NCBI GenBank assembly: GCA_019358915.1 | Contig: JAHHIM010000022.1 | Span: 1 to 64,000 of the forward strand | DNA: 64,000 bases | Source: Trichormus sp. ATA11-4-KO1 | GTDB taxonomy: Bacteria; Cyanobacteriota; Cyanobacteriia; Cyanobacteriales; Nostocaceae | Reading direction: 5' to 3' | In this document: piece by piece, positions 56,588 to 64,000 of the stretch | How positions within the stretch are numbered: the first letter of the stretch is position 1 | Layout of the letters: each line of letters begins with the position of its first letter | Position numbers and translations under genes: made by a program | Notes under the pieces: generated by a model | What the model was told of the DNA's origin: nothing | The model's database searches: none | What the model saw: the letters and a program-made list of their open reading frames with translations, nothing else

Positions 56588-57136
56588 ATGTCTCGTATTG
56601 GTAAACGTCCAATTACTATCCCCGCCAAAGTGCAAGTGACAATTGATGGCACAAAGGTAATGGTGAAAGGCCCTAAAGGTGAACTTTCTCGTGACCTACC
56701 TGCCAATGTCATTGTCTCCCAAGAAGGAGAAATCTTACAGGTAAACCGTCGAGATGACACCCGTGTTTCTCGACAAATGCACGGTTTGAGCCGTACCTTG
56801 GTCGCCAATATGGTCGAGGGAGTTTCCCAAGGCTTTCAACGTCGTTTGGAAATCCAAGGCGTAGGTTATCGGGCACAAGTTCAAGGGCGGAATCTAGTTT
56901 TGAACATGGGTTTCAGCCACCAAGTGCAAATTGTTCCCCCAGAAGGCGTGCAATTTGCCGTGGAAAATAACACTAACGTCATCGTTACTGGCTACGACAA
57001 AGAAATAGTAGGCAACACAGCAGCCAAAATTCGTGCCGTACGTCCACCAGAACCTTACAAAGGTAAAGGTATTCGCTATGCCGGTGAAGTAGTCAGACGC
57101 AAAGCTGGTAAGACTGGTAAGAGTGGTAAGAAGTAA
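56588..57136 (+). CDS. rplF: 50S ribosomal protein L6
   Basis: MSRIGK start at 56588; [11 protein letters not shown]. Confidence 0.98.
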   Translation: MSRIGKRPITIPAKVQVTIDGTKVMVKGPKGELSRDLPANVIVSQEGEILQVNRRDDTRVSRQMHGLSRTLVANMVEGVSQGFQRRLEIQGVGYRAQVQGRNLVLNMGFSHQVQIVPPEGVQFAVENNTNVIVTGYDKEIVGNTAAKIRAVRPPEPYKGKGIRYAGEVVRRKAGKTGKSGKK

Positions 57137-57138
57137 AA

Positions 57139-57501
57139 ATGAAACTTACTCGTAGAGAATCAAAACAGCGTCGCCATCGACGCGTTCGTGGGAAAGTTAA
57201 CGGCTCTCCAGAACGTCCCCGTTTAGCTGTATTTCGTTCCAACGAACACATTTATGCCCAGGTAATCGATGATACACAGCAACACACCTTAGTAGCAGCT
57301 TCAACTATTGAACCAGAGTTGAAGTCTAGTTTAGCTACAGGCGCTACTTGTGAAGCATCAGCGCAAGTTGGCAAGTTGATAGCCGTACGATTGCTAGAAA
57401 AAGGAATCACCAAAGTAGTCTTTGATCGTGGTGGTAACTTATATCATGGTCGTGTCAAAGCCTTAGCTGATGCCGCACGCGAGGCTGGTTTAGATTTCTA
57501 A
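57139..57501 (+). CDS. rplR: 50S ribosomal protein L18
   Basis: [21 protein letters not shown]. Confidence 0.98.
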   Translation: MKLTRRESKQRRHRRVRGKVNGSPERPRLAVFRSNEHIYAQVIDDTQQHTLVAASTIEPELKSSLATGATCEASAQVGKLIAVRLLEKGITKVVFDRGGNLYHGRVKALADAAREAGLDF

Positions 57502-57502
57502 A

Positions 57503-57610
57503 GTCATTAGTCATTAGCCCTTCGGCTACGCTCAGGGTAAATCATTGGTCATTAGTCATTGGCTAAAGACAAAAGACGAATGACAAAAGACAAAAGACAA
57601 CTGACTAATA
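57503..57610. repeat. STRR array (TCATTAG)n carrying a 24-nt inserted repeat at 57518-57541
   Basis: TCATTAG|CCCTTCGGCTACGCTCAGGGTAAA|TCATTGG, then GACAAAA units. Confidence 0.75.
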
Positions 57611-57624
57611 GAGAGCATTTGATT

Positions 57625-58149
57625 ATGGCAACTGGTCGTCGTAAAGCTAACCGCACAAAAAAAGAAGAAACCAACTGGCAAGAGCGCGTCATCCAAATCC
57701 GCCGGGTAAGTAAGGTCGTTAAAGGAGGTAAAAAACTCAGCTTCCGTGCGATCGTGGTCGTCGGTAATGAACGTGGCCAAGTTGGTGTAGGAGTAGGCAA
57801 AGCCTCAGATGTTATTGGTGCTGTGAAAAAAGGCGTAGCCGATGGGAAAAAACATCTGATTGATATCCCCATGACTAAATCCAACTCCATCCCCCATCCC
57901 ATTGATGGTATCGGTGGTGGTGCTAAGGTAATTATGCGTCCAGCCGCACCTGGTACTGGGGTAATTGCAGGTGGTGCTGTTCGGACTGTACTGGAATTAG
58001 CAGGAGTGCGTAACGTCTTGGCTAAGCAACTTGGCTCCAACAACCCCCTAAACAATGCTAGAGCCGCAGTTAATGCTTTATCTACATTACGGACTCTTTC
58101 TGAAGTGGCCGAAGATCGAGGTATTCCTATTGAAAGACTCTACATCTAG
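57625..58149 (+). CDS. rpsE: 30S ribosomal protein S5
   Basis: [17 protein letters not shown]; start set at MATGRR. Confidence 0.98.
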   Translation: MATGRRKANRTKKEETNWQERVIQIRRVSKVVKGGKKLSFRAIVVVGNERGQVGVGVGKASDVIGAVKKGVADGKKHLIDIPMTKSNSIPHPIDGIGGGAKVIMRPAAPGTGVIAGGAVRTVLELAGVRNVLAKQLGSNNPLNNARAAVNALSTLRTLSEVAEDRGIPIERLYI

Positions 58150-58226
58150 TAGCTGTGGTGAACTGCGTACACCAAATAACGCATGAAAAAAGGATTAGGG
58201 CTAGAGGCTAGTCTTATTACTCAGCA

Positions 58227-58273
58227 ACGCCAGATGCTTCACTTGGGGAGACCCCAAGACCGCACTGGCTCCT
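58227..58273 (+). repeat. Dispersed repeat related to the 53705 palindrome
   Basis: GCCAGATGCTTCACTTGGGGAGACCCCAAGACCGCACTGGC shares the CACTTGGGGAGACCCCAAG core. Confidence 0.75.
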
Positions 58274-58321
58274 CAGCAATTTTAAGTCAGAGCTTTTGTG
58301 TAAACAAGTACTAATTACATC

Positions 58322-58768
58322 ATGAGACTCAACGATGTTAAGCCCCAAAAAGGCTCAAAAAAACGCCGTCGCCGTGTAGCCAGGGGTATTTCCGCAGGTC
58401 AGGGCGCTAGCGCTGGTCTAGGTATGAGAGGTCAAAAATCTCGTTCTGGTAGCAGTACCAGACCTGGTTTTGAAGGAGGTCAACAACCTTTGTATCGTCG
58501 TGTACCAAAGCTTAAGGGCTTTCCGATTGTGAATCGGAAAATTTACACTACGATTAATGTAGAGAAGCTAGCCTCCCTTCCTGCCAATACAGAAGTAACT
58601 TTGACCTCCCTCAAAAATGCAGGTATCATTACTGCTGCCAAAGGTCCATTGAAAATTTTGGGCAATGGGGAATTGAGCATTCCGCTCAAGGTACAAGCGG
58701 CAGCTTTCACAAGACAAGCTCAAAGCAAAATTGAGGCAGCTGGTGGCAGTTGCGAAGTCTTAGAGTGA
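58322..58768 (+). CDS. rplO: 50S ribosomal protein L15
   Basis: [18 protein letters not shown]. Confidence 0.98.
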   Translation: MRLNDVKPQKGSKKRRRRVARGISAGQGASAGLGMRGQKSRSGSSTRPGFEGGQQPLYRRVPKLKGFPIVNRKIYTTINVEKLASLPANTEVTLTSLKNAGIITAAKGPLKILGNGELSIPLKVQAAAFTRQAQSKIEAAGGSCEVLE

Positions 58769-58835
58769 GCCAGAAAAGCGCACTTTGCAAGCCCACTCGC
58801 TGCCAGCGCCTGGTTCACTATAAAGGTAGCATTCT

Positions 58836-60149
58836 ATGATCAGTCGAGAAAAAGCCCCCACGGCTCAAGAAACTTTTATGCAGATGGCGCAAGCAGCTGG
58901 ACTGAGAGGTAGGCTGCTTGTCACCGTCGGTATTTTAATTTTGGTTCGCCTAGGCATATTTTTGCCAGTACCAGGAATTGATAGAGCGAGGTTTGCCGAA
59001 GCTATATCGGGAAATAATGCTGTTTTCGGTTTATTGGATATATTTTCTGGACGTGGACTTTCGACTTTGGGAGTCTTTGCTTTGGGAATTTTGCCCTTTA
59101 TTAATGCGTCCATTATCATCCAGTTGCTGACTGCGGCAATTCCATCTTTAGAAAATTTACAGAAAAATGAAGGTGAAGCAGGTCGGCGGAAAATTTCGCA
59201 AATCACCCGCTATGTCACTGTTGTTTGGGCGACTATTCAAAGTGTGGCTTTTTCGGCATTCTTTCTCCAGCAATTTGCCTTAAACCCAGGTTTAGTATTT
59301 GTAGCTGAAACAGCCATCGCTCTGACAGCTGGTTCCATGTTCGTGATGTGGGCATCAGAACTGATTACAGAGCGGGGAATCGGTAATGGCGCATCATTGC
59401 TGATTTTTGTCAATATCGTAGCTTCATTACCTAAAGCCTTAGGCGATACCATTGACTTGGTGCAAGTTGGTGGTAGAGAAATCGTTGGTCGCGTGATCGT
59501 TCTCATCTTGGTATTCTTAGCCACAATTGTGGGTATTGTTTTTGTTCAAGAAGGCATCCGCCGCATCCCAATTATTTCAGCACGTCGCCAAGTAGGTCGC
59601 AGAGTTTTGGCAGAGCAACGCAGTTATTTACCCCTGCGTCTAAATTCTGGTGGTGTCATGCCGATTATTTTTGCAGCTGCCATTTTGAGTTTGCCACTGT
59701 TAATTGCCAATTTCACCAGAAATCCGGAAATAGCTAACATTGTCAACACTTATCTCAGTCCTGGGGGATCTGGGGCTTGGGTTTATGCTCTGGTCTACTT
59801 AGTCTCAATTATTTTCTTTAGTTACTTCTATTCTTCATTGATTGTCAATCCAGTTGATGTAGCGCAAAACTTGAAGAAAATGGGATCTAGTATTCCTGGT
59901 ATACGTCCAGGAAAGGCTACAAGCGAGTATATCGAGCGTGTGATCAATCGACTCACTTTTTTGGGTGCGATCTTTTTGGGTTTTGTCGCTATTATCCCTA
60001 CAGCTGTGGAAAGTGCTTTAGGCGTACCAACCTTTAGAGGATTGGGTGCTACCTCTTTGCTGATTTTGGTAGGTGTGGCGATTGATACAGCTAAACAAGT
60101 CCAGACTTATGTTATCTCTCAGCGCTATGAAGGAATGGTGAAGCAATAG
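58836..60149 (+). CDS. secY: Preprotein translocase SecY
   Basis: [30 protein letters not shown]. Confidence 0.99.
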   Translation: MISREKAPTAQETFMQMAQAAGLRGRLLVTVGILILVRLGIFLPVPGIDRARFAEAISGNNAVFGLLDIFSGRGLSTLGVFALGILPFINASIIIQLLTAAIPSLENLQKNEGEAGRRKISQITRYVTVVWATIQSVAFSAFFLQQFALNPGLVFVAETAIALTAGSMFVMWASELITERGIGNGASLLIFVNIVASLPKALGDTIDLVQVGGREIVGRVIVLILVFLATIVGIVFVQEGIRRIPIISARRQVGRRVLAEQRSYLPLRLNSGGVMPIIFAAAILSLPLLIANFTRNPEIANIVNTYLSPGGSGAWVYALVYLVSIIFFSYFYSSLIVNPVDVAQNLKKMGSSIPGIRPGKATSEYIERVINRLTFLGAIFLGFVAIIPTAVESALGVPTFRGLGATSLLILVGVAIDTAKQVQTYVISQRYEGMVKQ

Positions 60150-60727
60150 TGACACGTTTAATCTTCTTGGGACCACCTGGATCTGGTAAAGGAACTCAAG
60201 CTCAAATTTTGGCTCAAGACTTGAATATTCCCCATATTTCTACAGGGGAAATATTAAGGCAAGCTATGAAAGAGCAAACCCCTTTGGGAATTAAAGCTCA
60301 ACATTATGTCAATAGCGGCGAATTAGTTCCCGATGAGCTAGTACAGGATTTGGTACAAGAGCGCCTTAGTCAACCAGATACTCAATCTGGCTGGATTCTC
60401 GATGGTTTTCCCCGCAAAGTAACACAAGCAGTTTTTCTGGAGAAGTTGCTGGAAAAGTTACATCAGAACGGTGAAAAGGTAGTTAATCTAGATGCTCCAG
60501 ATAAAGTTGTAGTAGAGCGGTTGTTAGCTAGAGGGCGAAAAGATGATACCGAAGAGGTAATTCGGCGTCGCCTAGAAGTTTACCGCGCGGAAACTGCACC
60601 TTTGATTGACTATTACCGCGATAGCGCCAGCGCTGACTTGTCAGTTGGCCAAAAACTGCTGACGGTCAATGGTGATCAGTCTCAGGAAGAAGTCACTAAT
60701 GAACTGAGAAATTTAATTGCTTCATAG
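60149..60727 (+). CDS. adk: Adenylate kinase (short form) with an 8-aa insertion
   Basis: [24 protein letters not shown]; extra SASADLSV near the C-terminus. Confidence 0.97.
   Translation: MTRLIFLGPPGSGKGTQAQILAQDLNIPHISTGEILRQAMKEQTPLGIKAQHYVNSGELVPDELVQDLVQERLSQPDTQSGWILDGFPRKVTQAVFLEKLLEKLHQNGEKVVNLDAPDKVVVERLLARGRKDDTEEVIRRRLEVYRAETAPLIDYYRDSASADLSVGQKLLTVNGDQSQEEVTNELRNLIAS
60618..60649 (+). mobile_element. 24-nt small dispersed repeat inserted in frame at a HIP1-like site in adk
   Basis: GCGAT-[AGCGCCAGCGCTGACTTGTCAGTT]-GGC; internal CTGAC-TT-GTCAG hairpin. Confidence 0.72.
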
Positions 60728-60911
60728 ATTGAACAACGGGAGTAGAAAATTCACCACTGACTACTCCCCACTCCTCCTCCCAGTAGGATGAAGTCCAATT
60801 TTAGCTAAGATATATTAAGAAACTGTTGATATATTGCGCAAATTGTGTTTTTTGCAGATGAAGTGCTGCAACTGACCAAATAAGAGATTGTTGAGTTGAG
60901 GAAAATACAAA

Positions 60912-61136
60912 TTGTCTAAGCAAGATTTGATTGAAATGGAAGGCACTGTTACAGAGTCCTTGCCCAATGCGATGTTTCGCGTTGACCTAGATAATGGCTT
61001 TAATGTCTTAGCACATATTTCTGGCAAGATTCGCCGTAATTACATTAAGATTTTACCTGGCGATCGCGTCAAAGTGGAGTTAACCCCTTATGACCTGACA
61101 AAAGGTAGAATTACTTATCGACTGCGGAAAAAATAG
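60912..61136 (+). CDS. infA: Translation initiation factor IF-1
   Basis: [27 protein letters not shown]. Confidence 0.99.
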
Positions 61137-61194
61137 TTATATGCAGAGAATATTAACATAAAACCATTTTTTTAGGTTCTACCAAGTTACTTAA

Positions 61195-61224
61195 TTGAAT
61201 TAATTTCCCTAAAAATGCTATAAT
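61195..61224 (+). promoter_or_regulatory. Putative internal promoter for rpmJ-rpsM-rpsK-rpoA
   Basis: TTGAAT-18 nt-TATAAT with extended TGn -10. Confidence 0.5.
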
Positions 61225-61252
61225 TTACTATTTGGAGTCAATTGAAAAAGGC

Positions 61253-61366
61253 ATGAAAGTCCGAGCCTCAGTCAAGAAAATTTGTGAAAAGTGTAACGTG
61301 ATCCGCCGTCGCGGTCGCGTCATGGTGATATGTGTCAATCCTAAGCACAAACAACGTCAAGGATAG
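61253..61366 (+). CDS. rpmJ: 50S ribosomal protein L36 (not in ORF track)
   Basis: Manual translation [37 protein letters not shown]. Confidence 0.98.
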   Translation: MKVRASVKKICEKCNVIRRRGRVMVICVNPKHKQRQG

Positions 61367-61470
61367 TAATCTGACACATCCAAGAGTGAGTTGTCACCAT
61401 CAAACGCTACAAAGGCGATTAATCACGCTTTTCTCACAGCAATTGCGATAACAATAGGGAGAAATTCATT

Positions 61471-61851
61471 GTGGCACGTATTTCCGGAGTAGACCTTCCA
61501 CGCGATAAGCGTGTTGAAATCGGTCTGACTTATATTTACGGAATTGGGTTAACAAGGTCGCTGGAAATATTAGCAGCTACAGGTGTCAACCCAGATACCC
61601 GCGTTAAAGATTTAAGTGATGCTGATATTGCCGCCCTACGCGGCGAAATAGAAAGCAACTACCAAGTTGAAGGTGACTTACGGCGCTTAGAAGCCATGAA
61701 CATCAAGCGCTTGGTTGACATTGGTTGCTACCGAGGTCGGCGTCACCGCATGGGCTTACCAGTCAGAGGTCAAAGAACTCGTACTAATGCTAGAACCCGC
61801 CGTGGGAGAAGGCAGACAGTGGCTGGTAAGAAGAAGGCTCCAGGCAAATAA
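61471..61851 (+). CDS. rpsM: 30S ribosomal protein S13
   Basis: [12 protein letters not shown]. Confidence 0.99.
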   Translation: MARISGVDLPRDKRVEIGLTYIYGIGLTRSLEILAATGVNPDTRVKDLSDADIAALRGEIESNYQVEGDLRRLEAMNIKRLVDIGCYRGRRHRMGLPVRGQRTRTNARTRRGRRQTVAGKKKAPGK

Positions 61852-61905
61852 ACTTTCAACACTTGCTCGTGTGGGCAAGTTTAACCTGAAATTAACTAAA
61901 CAAAT

Positions 61906-62301
61906 ATGGCGAGACAACCAACTAAAAAGGGCGGGAGCAAAAAGCAGAAGCGGAATGTACCCAACGGGATGGCTTACATCCAGTCTACTTTCAACAATAG
62001 CATTGTCACCATTACCGATCAAAATGGTGATGTGATCTCCTGGGCTAGTGCAGGCTCTAGCGGTTTTAAAGGAGCAAAAAAGGGAACTCCCTTTGCCGCC
62101 CAAACCGCCGCCGAAAGTGCCGCCCGCCGAGCAATTGACCAAGGAATGCGGCAAATTGAGGTGATGGTAAGTGGCCCGGGAGCAGGTAGAGAAACCGCTA
62201 TCCGCGCACTCCAAGGAGCAGGACTGGAAATTACACTGATTCGGGACATCACCCCAATTCCTCATAATGGTTGCCGTCCACCCAAGCGCCGCCGAGTCTA
62301 G
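61906..62301 (+). CDS. rpsK: 30S ribosomal protein S11
   Basis: [16 protein letters not shown]. Confidence 0.99.
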   Translation: MARQPTKKGGSKKQKRNVPNGMAYIQSTFNNSIVTITDQNGDVISWASAGSSGFKGAKKGTPFAAQTAAESAARRAIDQGMRQIEVMVSGPGAGRETAIRALQGAGLEITLIRDITPIPHNGCRPPKRRRV

Positions 62302-62567
62302 ATGCAACCTGTTAAGTGTTTGATCTACGAACTGTTTATGATAACTTGAGCGACTAAAAGCCAGTCAGCTCTTCCTGTCGGGAGGGCTGCTAAACTCAGA
62401 CCACCCAAATTAAATAATGATGTCCGCTTCTGAATAGGGATATCAAACCATACTGCCATTAAATGCTGGCAGTTTAATCTACCTAGAGAAACCTAGGAAA
62501 CCAAAAGTAAATTCGGGAGGCAATTGATTTGCCTGCTAGCAGCACCTTAAAGAAGGGAGGCTAATCC

Positions 62568-63515
62568 GTGGCGCAGTTTCAAATTGAATGTGTAGAGTCT
62601 AATACTGAAGAAAGTCGGAGCCATTACAGTAAATTTGTGCTGGAACCTCTAGAGCGTGGTCAAGGAACAACAGTTGGCAACGCGCTGCGGCGGGTTTTAC
62701 TGTCGAATCTAGAGGGGACAGCAGTTACAGCAGTAAGAATTGCAGGCGTTACACACGAGTTTGCTACAGTTCCGGGTGTGCGAGAAGACGTACTGGAAAT
62801 CCTCATGAAAATGAAGGAAGTCATCCTCAGAAGCTATTCTGCTCAACCCCAGATCGGTAGATTACTCGTTAACGGGCCAGCAACAGTTACGGTGGCACAT
62901 TTTGATTTGCCCAGTGAAGTAGAAGTCATCGATCCGACCCAGTATGTAGCCACCCTAGCTGAAGGTGGAAAACTGGAAATGGAATTTCGGATTGAGAAAG
63001 GCAAAGGGTATCGCACCGTAGAGCGAGGACGTGAGGAAGCCACATCTTTGGACTTTCTGCAAATCGACTCAGTATTTATGCCAGTGCGGAAAGTTAACTA
63101 TAGTGTCGAGGAAGCTCGCGGGGATGGCTCAATTACCAAAGACCGACTGCTGTTAGAAGTTTGGACAAATGGCAGTATCTCCCCCCAAGAAGCACTATCT
63201 TCAGCTGCTGGTATTCTGGTAGATTTGTTCAATCCGTTGAAAGATATCTCACTGGAGCCAACGGACACAGGTGCGGAAATTCCAGATGACCCCACCGCTC
63301 AAATCCCCATTGAAGAGTTGCAACTTTCTGTGCGGGCTTATAACTGTCTCAAACGCGCACAAGTTAACTCTGTCGCCGACTTATTGGATTTTACCCAAGA
63401 AGACCTGTTAGAAATTAAAAACTTTGGACAGAAGTCAGCAGAAGAGGTAGTTGAAGCTTTACAACGCCGCTTAGGTATTACTTTGCCCCAAGAACGAGGC
63501 TCTAAACACCCATAA
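62568..63515 (+). CDS. rpoA: RNA polymerase alpha subunit
   Basis: PLERGQGTTVGNALRR, LSVRAYNCLKR. Confidence 0.99.
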   Translation: MAQFQIECVESNTEESRSHYSKFVLEPLERGQGTTVGNALRRVLLSNLEGTAVTAVRIAGVTHEFATVPGVREDVLEILMKMKEVILRSYSAQPQIGRLLVNGPATVTVAHFDLPSEVEVIDPTQYVATLAEGGKLEMEFRIEKGKGYRTVERGREEATSLDFLQIDSVFMPVRKVNYSVEEARGDGSITKDRLLLEVWTNGSISPQEALSSAAGILVDLFNPLKDISLEPTDTGAEIPDDPTAQIPIEELQLSVRAYNCLKRAQVNSVADLLDFTQEDLLEIKNFGQKSAEEVVEALQRRLGITLPQERGSKHP

Positions 63516-63547
63516 GCCAATTTTTACTAAATTCATAGTGCATTATT

Positions 63548-63898
63548 ATGCGTCACCGTTGTCGAGTTAAAAAACTCAGTAAACCAGCTGACCAGCGTCG
63601 CGCCCTCTTGCGTGCGCTGACCACAGAGCTGATCCGTCATGGTCGGATTACTACCACTTTAATCAGAGCTAAGGTAGTGCGCAGCGAAGTAGATAAAATG
63701 ATTACCCTAGCCAAAGATGGTTCTTTATCAGCCCGTCGGGAAGCTTTGGGCTATATCTACGATAAGCAACTAGTTCATGCTTTATTTGAGCAAGCTCCTA
63801 ATCGGTATGCTAATCGCCAAGGTGGTTATACCCGCATCCTGCATACTGTCCCTCGTCGGGGAGATAAGGCGGAAATGGCAATAATTGAGCTGGTTTAA
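63548..63898 (+). CDS. rplQ: 50S ribosomal protein L17
   Basis: MRHR, GGYTRI, RRGD. Confidence 0.98.
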   Translation: MRHRCRVKKLSKPADQRRALLRALTTELIRHGRITTTLIRAKVVRSEVDKMITLAKDGSLSARREALGYIYDKQLVHALFEQAPNRYANRQGGYTRILHTVPRRGDKAEMAIIELV

Positions 63899-63950
63899 AT
63901 TTAGTCATTAGTCATTGGTCATTAGACTAATGGCAAAAGACAAAATCTGT

Positions 63951-64000
63951 ATGTTAGAAAGCCACCAGCCTCCACAAACCCATCGAGTAGCCCTAGTAAT
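63951..64000 (+). CDS. truA: tRNA pseudouridine synthase A, 5' fragment cut by window end
   Basis: MLESHQPPQTHRVALV...; usual position after rplQ in cyanobacteria. Confidence 0.65.
   Translation, partial: MLESHQPPQTHRVALV

Noticed and set aside
57559..57624. N-terminal extensions of rpsE (also rpoC1, rplC, rplF, petH, rpsT) in the ORF track
   Set aside because: Translated STRR or intergenic sequence; the conserved proteins begin at downstream starts.
49446..63898. Absence of rpsJ, rpsN, rpmD and rpsD from the r-protein cluster
   Set aside because: Normal cyanobacterial gene arrangement.

Overview
Core chromosomal region of a filamentous heterocyst-forming cyanobacterium (Nostocales-like), judged from the split rpoC1/rpoC2, petH with a CpcD domain, prk, ndhN, frequent HIP1 (GCGATCGC) sites and STRR heptamer arrays. 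The left end is rpsT-tatD-rpoB-rpoC1-rpoC2. The right end is the rplC...secY-adk-infA-rpmJ-rpsM-rpsK-rpoA-rplQ-truA cluster. The middle holds housekeeping genes (hisD, hslO, hom, petH, prk, metK, pcrA, nfi) and accessory loci. The most notable locus is a ~700-bp orphan cassette at 33637-34313, with no cas genes in the window. It has a consensus promoter, two degenerate CRISPR-like repeats (ending GGGATTGAAAC) around one 41-nt spacer, and two overlapping small unknown ORFs starting 1 nt after the second repeat. A possible hairpin-deleted inverted repeat remnant closes it. This is a candidate CRISPR-RNA/Cas6-regulated toxin-like module; its function is inference only. Also present: 21-25-nt small dispersed repeats inserted at HIP1 sites or STRR arrays (one stops a GDSL gene, one adds 8 aa to adk), an FHA-flavoprotein locus, and a rearranged Nrt-type ABC operon with nrtS. 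Gene calls come from recognising the proteins by eye; no database searches were run.
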